This document shows positions 8,683 to 19,000 of a stretch of 32,000 nt of DNA, in pieces. Position numbers and translations under genes: made by a program. The DNA comes from Candidatus Saccharimonadota bacterium (GTDB lineage Bacteria; Patescibacteriota; Saccharimonadia; Saccharimonadales; UBA4665), in contig OY970350.1 of assembly GCA_963718045.1 (NCBI GenBank), positions 330,001-362,000 of the forward strand. Direction: 5' to 3'. A model generated the notes under the pieces. That model saw only the letters and a program-made list of their open reading frames with translations. It was not told the DNA's origin and searched no databases. The stretch's first letter is position 1, and every line of letters starts with the position of its first letter.

Positions 8683-8746
8683 AAAAAACCTACATGTTAA
8701 TGTAGGTCACTTAGTCAATAGTAGCAGGTGGGAGTATTTCAGTCAA
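8683..8746 (-). promoter_or_regulatory. Putative secE promoter plus a 5'-proximal hairpin and U-tract
   Basis: The minus strand reads TTGACT (8746..8741), a 17-nt spacer, then TACTAT (8723..8718). This is followed by ACCTACAT-TAAC-ATGTAGGT (8707..8688) and TTTTT immediately before the secE start. Confidence 0.35.
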
Positions 8747-8753
8747 TCAGGCT

Positions 8754-10310
8754 TTGAAGCACATCTTCAAACTACTATTAACTGCTATAGTTATAGCTAT
8801 GATTTGGCTAATTGGCCTGCTTCTCGTTATTGTTCTTGTTGAGCTTTTGGCTTGCTATTTGCCGGTTAACCAGTTTCAGAAAATATTAGCTGGATTGTGC
8901 CTTATTATTATTTCAGTTGACAGCCTGCTAATCTTTGGCTTAAGGCCGGCTATTTGGTCAGCTCTAGTAATTTATTTCTCTGTTTTTAGAGTTATTAACT
9001 TAATTAAACTGATTGATGCCCGTAAACAGAAGGACTATTTAAGGTCGTCATTTACAAGGAGTGCTTTAATGTTGGTTTTTATTCAGGCGGTAATTTTACT
9101 GCTTGGCTGGGTTAACAGCTGGCTGGCACTTGATCACCTGGAAGAGACGGGCTTATTGTCGGCAGTAACTGTTATTAGTTTAATAATAATGGCCTTATCT
9201 CTAAGAAGAAGTTTGTTAAAAACAAGGCCTAATCTAACTAGAACTTTCACTTCTGACGCCAAACTGCCAAGTTTAAGCGTTGCTATTCCTGCCAGGAATG
9301 AAACTGTTGACCTGGATGAATGTCTGACCAGCCTGATTGCTTCAGACTACCCTAAGTTAGAGGTTCTAGTGCTTGATGACTGTTCCCAGGAAAAACGGAC
9401 CCCGGAAATTATTAGGAAATACGCCCATGACAGCGTTAGGTTTTTAGCTGGCCGTGCACCGGATGAGTCATGGACACCTAAGAATTATGCTTATGAGCAG
9501 TTAGCCGCTGAAGTTAACGGCGAGATCATCCTATTTGTAGGTGTTGACACCCGTTTTGATTACCAGACTATTCGAAAGATGGTCGAACTCAAAATGTCTA
9601 AAAAGAAGACCATGATCAGCTTTATGCCCGTTAATAGCCTACCTAGAACCAAGTTTAAGAGCATCCTGCTTCAGCCGGTCAGATACCTATGGGAACTGGC
9701 TATTCCAAGGAGATCTTTTAACAGGCCGCCGGTTTTAAGTACTTGCTGGTTAATTGACAAAAAGGTGTTACTAGAAAACGGCAGCTTTAATGCTGTCAGC
9801 CGGAGTATATTGCCAGAAAGGTACTTCGCCCGTCAAGCGGCCCAAAAGAACGATGGCTATAGCTTTGTTTGCCTGGGTGAGAAGCTTGGTTTGCTAGCTA
9901 AAAAGAGCCTCAAAGATCAAAAAGAGACAGCCGTCAGGACCGGCTATCCGCTGTTAAAACAAAGAATTGAAAACGTATCCTTTATAGTTTTAAGCGAGCT
10001 AGTATTATTTATTTTCCCGATTCTTGAACTTATCTACGGTCTTATTAAAGGTAGCATATTTGTAGTTATTGTTAGCCTGATCAATATCTTAATTGCCAGC
10101 GTTGTCTTATTTGTTATTACTAGGCTGACGTATAACAAGGCTATCTTTTTGAGCGCTATATTCTATCCGTTTGTGATTGCCTACGACATCTTCATTATTT
10201 TTTATTCTATGTGGGCCTATGAATTTGGCGAAGTAGTTTGGAAAGGACGAAATGTCAGCGTACCGGTCATGCAGATTGTGACCCGCTTTTCTACTTTAAG
10301 TCCGGAATAG
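8754..10310 (+). CDS. Polytopic membrane glycosyltransferase, family 2
   Basis: 518 aa. N- and C-terminal clusters of hydrophobic helices flank a GT2 core: LSVAIPARNE, EVLVLDDCS, FVGVDTRF and LLQPVRYLW (a QxxRW-like motif). The start is uncertain: TTG at 8754 in the ORF track, with the next ATG at 8799. Confidence 0.75.
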   Translation: MKHIFKLLLTAIVIAMIWLIGLLLVIVLVELLACYLPVNQFQKILAGLCLIIISVDSLLIFGLRPAIWSALVIYFSVFRVINLIKLIDARKQKDYLRSSFTRSALMLVFIQAVILLLGWVNSWLALDHLEETGLLSAVTVISLIIMALSLRRSLLKTRPNLTRTFTSDAKLPSLSVAIPARNETVDLDECLTSLIASDYPKLEVLVLDDCSQEKRTPEIIRKYAHDSVRFLAGRAPDESWTPKNYAYEQLAAEVNGEIILFVGVDTRFDYQTIRKMVELKMSKKKTMISFMPVNSLPRTKFKSILLQPVRYLWELAIPRRSFNRPPVLSTCWLIDKKVLLENGSFNAVSRSILPERYFARQAAQKNDGYSFVCLGEKLGLLAKKSLKDQKETAVRTGYPLLKQRIENVSFIVLSELVLFIFPILELIYGLIKGSIFVVIVSLINILIASVVLFVITRLTYNKAIFLSAIFYPFVIAYDIFIIFYSMWAYEFGEVVWKGRNVSVPVMQIVTRFSTLSPE

Positions 10311-11397
10311 TAACCGTGAAGGCTGAGCCTTTATTAAGCTCACTTTTAAACTCAATTTGAGCGTGAATGAGTTTAGTCAGTTTCATGGTGACGTAAAGTC
10401 CCAGGCCGGTGCCTTTAGTTTGCTTGGTGCGGTAGTCTTCGCTTCTAAAGAACTTATCGAAGATTCTACCCTGGTCGCCCTTGCTGATACCGATGCCGGT
10501 GTCACTGACTTCAAATCTGACGCCTTTTTCAACCTTATTGGCGCTAATTGATATATGTCCTTCATTAGTATATTTAATGGCGTTGGTTATAAAGTTCTGC
10601 AGTATTTCCCTAACGTATAGTTTTGAAGATTTTAGAATCTCCAGATGAGGGTCAAGTTCAACTTTTAATTCAAGACCTTTAGTCTTGCAGTCTGGCCGGT
10701 AGTTATTAGCTAGTTCATTAACTAAATCAACAACGTTAATAGGTTCAATCTCGACTGTTAATTTACCCCTCTCTGCCCGGGAAAGGGTTGCCAGATCATT
10801 GATCATGTCGGCCAGGAATAAAGTTTGGGAATGGGCTTCTTTTAGGGCCTGTTTTACCTGTTTTAGATCACCTGTTTTATCGACTATAAACTCGGCATTG
10901 CCTATATTGCCTTCAGTGATAGCTATTGGCGTCCGGAGTTCATGGCTGACAACGCTAATAAACTCATCCCTTTCTTCTTCCAGGGATTTCTCACGGGTGA
11001 TATCTCTTAGCAGCAGCACAAAGCCTTCTGAGCCTTGCTGGCCGTAGCCTAGTCTAACAGGGGCAATTGAAGTGTAAAGGCTAATAATACTGCCGTCTTT
11101 ATACTTAAGGCGGTAATCGCGGTTTGAGGTTGGCAGTTTAGTCTCTCTAACAACATCATCAATTTCAATCGGCTGGTTATTTTTATCTATCGGGCTAAAT
11201 ATCTTATCTAGCCTTGCACCTGGCGTTATGGTGTTAATGTCTAGCAGGTTTAAGGCCGCGGCGTTATATGTTGCTATCCTAATATGCTCGTCAACCGTTA
11301 TTACGGCATCAGCCATGGAATTAATCAGTGTTTTTAGTCTCTGGTGGTCGAGATCTTCCTGCCTAAGGGATGGTTTTAGCGGTTTTAGTAGCTGCAT
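10291..11397 (-). CDS. Soluble PAS-domain sensor histidine kinase
   Basis: 368 aa with no TM segment. It has a PAS-like N-terminus (LINSMADAVITVDEHIRIATYNAAA), an H-box (SHELRTPIAIT), and the HATPase N/G boxes (NFITNAIKYT, DTGIGIS, GTGLGLY). Confidence 0.9.
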   Translation of the reverse strand: MQLLKPLKPSLRQEDLDHQRLKTLINSMADAVITVDEHIRIATYNAAALNLLDINTITPGARLDKIFSPIDKNNQPIEIDDVVRETKLPTSNRDYRLKYKDGSIISLYTSIAPVRLGYGQQGSEGFVLLLRDITREKSLEEERDEFISVVSHELRTPIAITEGNIGNAEFIVDKTGDLKQVKQALKEAHSQTLFLADMINDLATLSRAERGKLTVEIEPINVVDLVNELANNYRPDCKTKGLELKVELDPHLEILKSSKLYVREILQNFITNAIKYTNEGHISISANKVEKGVRFEVSDTGIGISKGDQGRIFDKFFRSEDYRTKQTKGTGLGLYVTMKLTKLIHAQIEFKSELNKGSAFTVTIPDLK

Positions 11398-11435
11398 ATT
11401 AAGATATTGTAATCAATTACCTTTAAGTCTAAAAG

Positions 11436-12128
11436 CTAAACAATGGTCGGATAGCTTTTAATCTGCTTTTTAAACTCCAAACATCTAGGCAGCCGGGCTT
11501 CAAGGGCCTGCCAGAACTTAGGTCCGTGCTGCATAATTTCAGTATGGTTTAGTTCGTGCATAATGACATAGTCTATTAGCTCCCACGGCAGTTCCATGAG
11601 ATAAAGATTTAAGGTTATGTTTTTAGAGCTGTCACAGCTGCCCCAGCGTGTTTTAAGGCTTTTTATTCTAAGCTCTTTATATTTAAAGCCGTGTCTACCG
11701 GCCAGTTCTTTAACCCTTATAGGCAGTAATCTGTTGGCCTGAGACGAAAGAGCTCTTTTTATTATTCTTCTGGCTGCTTCTTGGACTTTTGGGTTTGTAG
11801 TATCTAATTCTCTCGGGTAATAAACAACTGCCTCCAGCTCGCTAAGACGAGACGTGACGGTCTTTTTATCAGTCGGCTTAAAGATTAAACGGTGGTTTTT
11901 GCCAATTAGTCTGCCGGGGATCAGCAAAGTTCTTTCTGGTATCTTTTTTAGAATCCAATCCTGCTTGCTTTTAGCAAAGCTTATGGCCGCACTATACGGT
12001 ACCCACGTTGGAATAGACATCTTAACCAGACCTTCACCAGAAATACTTAATCTAATCTGGCGAGACGTTGATCTTTTAGAAACTGAAACATTAATCTGAT
12101 CGTCAAGGGCAAATTGTTTTGATTTCAT
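11436..12128 (-). CDS. YgjP-like (DUF45/M48-type) zinc metallopeptidase family protein
   Basis: 230 aa. RWGSCDSSKNITLN and the C-terminal HExxH region YVIMHELNHTEIMQHGPKFW are typical of DUF45. The ATG abuts the stop of the upstream kinase gene (TAAATG). Confidence 0.8.
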   Translation of the reverse strand: MKSKQFALDDQINVSVSKRSTSRQIRLSISGEGLVKMSIPTWVPYSAAISFAKSKQDWILKKIPERTLLIPGRLIGKNHRLIFKPTDKKTVTSRLSELEAVVYYPRELDTTNPKVQEAARRIIKRALSSQANRLLPIRVKELAGRHGFKYKELRIKSLKTRWGSCDSSKNITLNLYLMELPWELIDYVIMHELNHTEIMQHGPKFWQALEARLPRCLEFKKQIKSYPTIV

Positions 12129-12791
12129 TTAATGGATATAAATATTGCGGCGGGCGACGTCTTCCCGGTCGATGCTGCTCGGTGGTACTAAGTTGACCAT
12201 GCCAGGTTTAGCTAAGTTGCTGGCGTAGTCTTGGACCTGCAGTATGCCCTTATCTCGCATTTTGGACATAACAATGTTTCTTTGGGTTGAAAAATGGTGT
12301 TTACCGCTGGCCACAACCGGGTCTTCATGATAATCGGGGTTCTGCATGTAGGACAAAATGCTATCGAAAGTGGTTCTATCCCAACCGGCTGCATGACGGT
12401 CATCGGCCCGTCTTTTGTCTCTTTTAACATTTCTGGCAAAAGCGCTCTCAACATCAACCTGGAACCAAACAAGTATGGGGGTGGCACCGTGTTTCTTGGC
12501 TATTTCGGCTAAGGCTTTTCTCTGGACCATGCGCATGGCGTTAGTATCATAAATTACGCTCATTCCGGCCGTTAGGAATTCTTCTGTCATATAGTCCATT
12601 AGCTGGGCAACGACGTTATTTTCCTGCTGGTCATGACGGGGTTTTTCAAACAGTTCGCTTCTAACCCGGTCACTTTGTAAGTTGGCAGCCTGGACCTCTT
12701 CAGCAAATTGCCGGGCAAAATATGTCTTGCCTGAGCCAGGAGTACCATAAAATATCATCAGGAACGGTTTGTGCGGCGCTATCTTTGACAT
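12129..12791 (-). CDS. P-loop kinase/NTPase (AAA_33 / zeta-toxin-like fold)
   Basis: 220 aa with the Walker A motif FYGTPGSGKTYFARQF. Its size and layout resemble small-molecule or polynucleotide kinase-like ATPases. The substrate is unknown. Confidence 0.65.
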   Translation of the reverse strand: MSKIAPHKPFLMIFYGTPGSGKTYFARQFAEEVQAANLQSDRVRSELFEKPRHDQQENNVVAQLMDYMTEEFLTAGMSVIYDTNAMRMVQRKALAEIAKKHGATPILVWFQVDVESAFARNVKRDKRRADDRHAAGWDRTTFDSILSYMQNPDYHEDPVVASGKHHFSTQRNIVMSKMRDKGILQVQDYASNLAKPGMVNLVPPSSIDREDVARRNIYIH

Positions 12792-12901
12792 TATGATGAA
12801 TATTGTATATCAGATGTTAGGAGTTTTGAAGTAGTTTGTCAGATGTCAGCTATTAGGTTAGTATAAATGACTACAATTACAAGCTAATTCTAGTCTAGGG
12901 G
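12771..12901. repeat. Direct repeat copy A (131 bp), paired with 19444..19574
   Basis: It aligns base-for-base with 19444..19574 at a constant offset of 6673 bp. By eye I counted about 11 mismatches and no indels. It covers the first 21 nt of the kinase CDS plus the intergenic region. Confidence 0.9.
12802..12830 (-). promoter_or_regulatory. Putative promoter of the kinase operon (near-leaderless)
   Basis: The minus strand reads TTCAAA, a 17-nt spacer, then TACAAT. The -10 ends 10 nt before the ATG at 12791, and there is no Shine-Dalgarno. Confidence 0.4.
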
Positions 12902-12965
12902 CTTACCAAGTAGATCATTCCACAGACTTGCTTCCATCTCTAAGTTGCACATCTTGTCTTGAAAC

Positions 12966-12980
12966 TTGGATTCAATCCAA
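12966..12980 (-). terminator. Weak hairpin downstream of the giant gene
   Basis: TTGGAT-TCA-ATCCAA is a palindrome 28 nt past the stop codon. On the minus strand it is followed by GTTTCAAG, a poor U-tract. A second small hairpin (TTAAC-GTAG-GTTAA) lies next to it. Confidence 0.25.
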
Positions 12981-13007
12981 TCGGATTAACGTAGGTTAAC
13001 AGCCATA

Positions 13008-16000
13008 TCATGGTGGTGCATCTAAGGACTGTAAGCTGCCATTGCTAAATGTTGCCCCGCCGCGTAAGCGATAATTAGTGGCTGGGTGATAATACACTGT
13101 AAAATCGGCAATTGAAGTATGGTTGCCACTTTGGTCCGGGTATGTAGCAGTTTGAGAGTCGTCAAGTACGTAGCTAATCCACATATACCGGCCGATATTA
13201 GTGGTATTGCTACAGCCGTCCGTGGTAAAAACCAGCGGTTTTTTTACTCCGAGAAAACTCAGTCCGGTTGGCAAAGTAGTCAAACCGTTAAATTTTGTGC
13301 AGGCATTGCTGGCAAACCTATATTTAATAATGATGCCGCCCGGCCCGCTGATTCCACCAAGTCCCGGGTTAGTAGAGTTTGAATTGCAAACACCAGAGCT
13401 GCAATCACCACCATTTGTCACTATTTCAGTAGGGTTCGGGTCATCATTAGTAATGCCGGTAAAATCTATCAGACGTGAGTAAAAGCCGACTCGGGGTATG
13501 GACAGTAATCCGGCATAGTCAACCACTGCTGTAATAGTGGCTGAACCAATGGTACCGCCTATCTCATAAAGATAGCCATTATAGACTACAGCAGATGATT
13601 GCCAGGTTCCTGAGGCTAAACCATTAGTGATTGTCCAAGGACCAATAGCGCCGCTATTATTGATGGAGGCATAATAAATGTATGGGCTAATAGCACCACC
13701 AGTAAGATATCCGCCTATCTCATAAAGATAGCCGTTATAGGCGACAGAAGTAGCGGCCATAGTGCCAAATTGCAGACTAGTTGTAGCCGTCCAAGAACCG
13801 AAGGAACCATTACTGCCAATAGCAGCATAGTAAACAGCGGCGGAGGGAGCGCTGCCGACTTCTCCGCCTAATACATAAATATTACCGTTATAGGCGATAG
13901 ATGTAGCTTGTTCGGTGGCAGCCGGCAGATTGCCGGTGGCGGTAGAAGTTGAGCCGCACCAGTCACCGGTTATAGTGCCGGCACAGGTCGCGGGAGCAGC
14001 TAGGGAGCCATTACTATTGATAGCAGCATAGTCAACGGCAGCAGTAAAACCACCGCTGGTAGCTGGAGCACCGCCTATCTCATAAAGATAGCCGTTATAG
14101 GCAAGAGAGGTGGCGTAGTTGGTGGTAGACGGAAGATTACCGGTGGCAGTAGATGTCGAGGCACACCAGTCCCCGGTGATGGTGCCAGGGCAAGTTCCGG
14201 TAGCGGACAGCGAACCATTACTATTGATAGCAGCCCATTCAACAACAGCGGTAATAGTAGAGCCACCGCTAACAACCCCGCCTAGCACATAGATATAGCC
14301 ATTGTAGACAGCAGAACTGGCGGTGTAGTTGTTGATGGGCAGACTACCGTTGCTGGTAGAAGTTGAAGCACACCAGTCACCGGTTATAGTACCGGCGCAG
14401 GTCGTGGGGGCAGCCAGGGCACCGCCGGCGGTAATAACGGCATAACTTACAACAGCAGTAGCGGTACCGGTAGTATATCCCCCCATCTCGTAGATATAGC
14501 CATTGTAGGCGACGGAAGTAGTGTAGTTTGTAACAACAGGCAGGCTGCCGGTAGCAGCAGAAGACGAGGCTGTGACTGTCGTTATCGTACCTTGAATGCC
14601 GTTATTTATTGGGGCATAGTAAACATAGGAGGTAACGGTGGAAATAGCCCCGCCCAACTCATAGACATAGCCATTGTAGACTTGAGAGGTGGAGCCCCAG
14701 ATTCCGGTAGCCGGTATACTACCGTTGGCGGTAGAAGTCGAGACGCACCAGTCACCAGAAAGGTAGACAGGACAGCCGCCGGGAGGAGTCAGGGCGCCAG
14801 TGCTGGAGATAACAGAATAGTCAACAGCGGGGGTAGGGTCGCCGGCGCTGGCAGTCTCACCGCCTATCTCATAAATATAGCCATTATAGACAACTGCGGT
14901 GGCATAGAAATCGTAACTTGGCAAGTTGCCAGAGGCAGTAGAAGTTGAGGCGCACCAGTCACCGGTTATAGTACCGGCGCAGGTGCCGGGAGCGGTCAAG
15001 GCGCCATTGCTAGGATTAATAGTAGTATAGTCGACGATGGCGAGGGGAACATTACCGGTAGTTTCGCCACCTATAACATAGATATAGTTGTTATAAATAA
15101 CAGAGTTAGCACTGGACGTAGCAGCCGGCAGGCTGCCATTGGCAGTAGAAGTTGAGGCGCACCAGTCACCGGTTATAGTACCGGCGCAGGTGCCGGGAGC
15201 GGTCAAGGCGCCATTGCTAGGATTAATAGTAGTATAGTCGACGATGGCGAGGGGAACATTACCGGTAGTTTCGCCACCTATAACATAGATATAGTTGTTA
15301 TAAATAACAGAGTTAGCACTGGACGTAGCAGCCGGCAGGCTGCCATTGGCAGTAGAAGTTGAGGCGCACCAGTCACCGGTTATAGTACCGGCGCAGGTGC
15401 CGGGAGCGGTCAAGGCGCCATTGCTAGGATTAATAGTAGTATAGTCGACGATGGCGAGGGGAACATTACCGGTAGTTTCGCCACCTATAACATAGATATA
15501 GTTGTTATAAATAACAGAGTTAGCACTGGACGTAGCAGCCGGCAGGCTGCCATTGGCAGTAGAAGTTGAGGCACACCAGTCACCAGTAGTGCCGCCGGGG
15601 CAGCCACCGGGAGCGATTAGTGTACCGCCAGTGGGGTTAATACCGGCGTATTCAACGATAGGGGTAATACTGCTACTATTGCCGCCTATCACATAGACAT
15701 AGCCGTAATTGCCATTCGACGCATAAACGACAGAGGTGGAGTAGTCCAAAGCCACGGGCAGTGCTCCGGTAGTTCCCCAAGAACCAATAGCACCACTGGC
15801 ACTGATAGCAGCATAGTTAACGGTAGTGACATTAGCAGCGCTGTTATTGCCGCCTATTTCGTAGATATAATTATTATAGACAGCAGAAGAAGCATAGTAG
15901 GTGGCGGTAGGCAGGCCATTAGTGTTAGTTGTCCAGGAGCCAACCGTCCCGGCACCGGCAATTTGGGCATAGATAACACAATTGTTGTAAGAGCCAATTT

Positions 16001-19000
16001 GTTGCTCACCGCCTATCTCGTAGATATAGCCATTGTAGGCGACAGCGGTAGCACTATCGGTGGCAGCCGGCAGGCTGTCGCTGGCTGTCCAATAACCGAT
16101 ACTACCGTCGCTAGATATAGCCGTATAGTAAACTAAAGCGGTAATGCTAGCAGCAGTAGTATAGCCGCCTATCACATAGATATAGCCGTTAGAGATGACG
16201 ATGGAGGCTGAATTCTCAACAGAGTTCCCCAGGCTTCCCGTCAAGGCGCACCAGTCACCGGTAATGGTACCTCCTGGGCAGGTGGCGGGAGCGACCAGGG
16301 CGCCGGTGCTGGAATTGAGGGCGGCATAGTCAACGGCTCCACTACCAAATATCTCATAGACATAGCCATTATAAACGCCAGCAGAAGCATAGTAGGTAGC
16401 TGTCGGCAGATTACCGGTAGCGGTAGAAGTTGAGGCGCACCAGTCACCGGTAATGGTGCCAGCGCAGGTTCCGGGAGCAGCCAGGGCGCCGCTGCCGGTG
16501 ATGGCAGTATAGTCAACGACAGCAGTAGCGCCGCCACTATAGCCGCCTATTTCATAGATATAGCCATTGTAGGCGACGGAGGCAGAGCTACTGGTGGCAA
16601 CCGGTAGACTGCCTGTAGCTGTCCAAGAACTGATTGCGCCGGTGCTGGAATTGATAGCGGCATAGTCGACAGCGCTGCTAGATCCTCCTATTGCATAAAC
16701 ATAGCCATTATAAACTACAGCGGTTAGTACGTCGGTTGCAGTCGGCAGGTTGCCGTTGCTGGTGGAAGTTGAGGCGCACCAGTTACCGGTAATGGTGCCA
16801 TAGCAGAATGTGGGAGCGGCCAAGGCGCCGGTGCTGGGATTGATAGCGGCATAGGAAACGGTGGCCAGGGGGCCGGTGCTATTATCACCGCCTATCTCAT
16901 AGACATAGCTGTTGTAGGCGACGGAGGCGGCTGCTATGTCATTATAAGGCAGTTCGTCAGTCGCATTCCAAGGAGCAATACCTGCGTCAATTAGGGCGCC
17001 GGTGCTGGGATTGATAGCGGCATAGGAAACAACAGCGGTAGGAGTACCGGGGCCTTGGACAGAGCCACCCATCTCATAAACATAGCTGTTATATATAACG
17101 GAAGTGGCAGATCCGAGTCCATTCGTTAGGCTGCCGTAGTACACGCTAGCACCCTGAGAAGAAGCCGAGGTGCACCAGTCACCGGTAATGATGCCATAGC
17201 AGAATGTGGGAGCAGCCAAAGTGCCATTACTGTTGAGAGCTGCATAGTCAACTTCAGTACCAAGACCGCCAGATATTTCATAGACATAGCCGCTGTAGAC
17301 GACGGAAGTACCCCAGATGTCGGTAGTCGGTAGGCTGCCGTTGGTAGTAGAAGTCGAGGCGCACCAGTCACCGGTGATAGTGCCGGCACAGGTTCCGGGA
17401 GCAGACAGAGCGCCCGTACTGGAATTAAAAGCGGTATACTCAACAACAGCACTATTGCCACCACTATAACCGCCCATTACATAGTCATAACCGTTATAGA
17501 AGACAGAGGATGCTTCAGAGACAGCAGCCGATAGGCTGCCATTGGAGGTAGAAGTCGAGGCGCACCAGTCACCGGTAATAGTACCGGCGCATGTGCTAGG
17601 AGCGGCCAAGGCGCCAGTACTGGAACTGAGAGCGGCATAGTCAACAACGCCGGTAGAAGAACCGCTTATTTCATATACATAATTATTATTAATAACGGCG
17701 GCAGAGTAAGCATTGGTAGCCGGCAGGCTGCCATTGGCGGTAGAAGTCGAGGCGCACCAGTCACCGGTGATGGTGCCGGCACAGGCGCTAGGGGCGGCCA
17801 AGGCGCCAGTACTGGAACTAACGGCAGCATAGTTAACAACAGCAGTAGAAGAACCACCTATTACATAGACATAACCACTATAAGCAACAGAGGTAGCGCC
17901 ATAGGTGCTAGCCGGTAGGCTGCCGTTGGTAGTAGAAGTCGAGGCGCACCAGTCACCGGTGATGGTGCCGGCACAGGCGCTAGGGGTGACCAGGGTGCCA
18001 GTGCTGGAATTGATGGCTGCATAATCTACAACAGCGCCATTGTCATAGCCGCCTAGCTCATAGATATATCCATTATACATGGCAGAGGTAGACATGTAGT
18101 TGGCGGTCGGCAGGCTGCCTGTAGCGGCAGAAGATGAGTAACACCAAGCATATGCCAGGGTGCCAGTGCAGGTGGGGCCGGTAAGATTACCGCCAGTTAA
18201 TCCAGCTTCAATAATCTGGTTATTGGTGCTATTAAAGGTAATATCGCCTTCATTATTGCCATTGATCATAAAATTAGAAGCAGATGCCACAATTACACTG
18301 GGGTCGATCGATATCGGACCGAATATATCCCCTAGCCCACTGGCAGTAACAGTCACAATGTCTCCGGTTAGAGTTAATTTTATATGTTGAGTAGAATTAA
18401 CTGACATTTGCCCATCAGTAGTAATAATTTGCGGTGCTGGCAATACGAAAACTAAATTGTCTTTAACCGACTTTTGACGGGCTTCTAGGACTTTCTGCTC
18501 ATCAGTCGGGCTGCCATAACTAATATTGCCGAATAAAGCTGGGCTGGCCGAGTAGATACCAAGGTTCCCGCCAGACATCATCCGGGCCTGAAGTGTGCTG
18601 GGTAATTTCAATTTATACTGTAACTTAACGGTTCCCCTCGGAGCGCTTGCATAAATTATATCTTCTTGAACACCATTAGTTTTAACGGTATAAACAGCTT
18701 TGCTACCATTCAATCCCATTGGGTATACGGTGTGGCCTGAAATTTGCTTGCCAGGTAAAGTCGAAAATAATGGAATCATGGTAAAAGATAAACCACTGGT
18801 ATCATCATAAGTAGTAACGCCCAGATGAGAGTTAATCGGCAACTTCAAACTAAATTTTGCTTTATCTTTAGAACTGCCCCCTACGGTAACGCTATCTCTA
18901 GATGGTAGCGCTGAACCAGAGCTATTGATTGCCGATTTGCTCAAAAAATAAGTTTTGCTTTTGGCGTCATAAGTAAACTGTGACAAAAGACTCTTATCGG

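Noticed and set aside
408-8842. ORFs antisense to or overlapping ribosomal, nusG and secE genes (408..602, 695..1069, 6296..6742, 6840..7034, 7019..7255, 7222..7449, 7736..8167, 8561..8842) and within dcd (4006..4224).
   Set aside because: They overlap confidently identified conserved genes, have no recognisable motifs, and have serine/leucine-rich shadow-frame composition.
12902-13007. A possible degraded tRNA body following the AGGGG at the end of repeat copy A, prompted by the T-loop-like GGATTCAATCC.
   Set aside because: I could not fold a cloverleaf. There is no acceptor complement, anticodon stem or similarity to tRNA-Trp beyond the first 5 nt. The palindrome is better explained as a small hairpin downstream of the giant gene.
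14941-15561. Regularly spaced identical repeats that might be mistaken for a CRISPR array.
   Set aside because: The period is 207 bp with no unique spacers. The units are contiguous, in-frame and coding (one Kelch-like blade each).
13119-18390. Many 60-118-aa ORFs in the ORF track inside the giant gene. Some are antisense (13119..13382, 13201..13482, 14592..14948, 18160..18390) and some are same-strand alternative frames (14075..14275, 16241..16537, 17126..17464, 17666..17857).
   Set aside because: All are nested in one uninterrupted 6.3-kb ORF with strong repeat and motif structure. Their low-complexity P/L/A-rich translations are what the off-frames of Gly/Ala/Thr-rich repeats produce. None has an independent start or Shine-Dalgarno signal.
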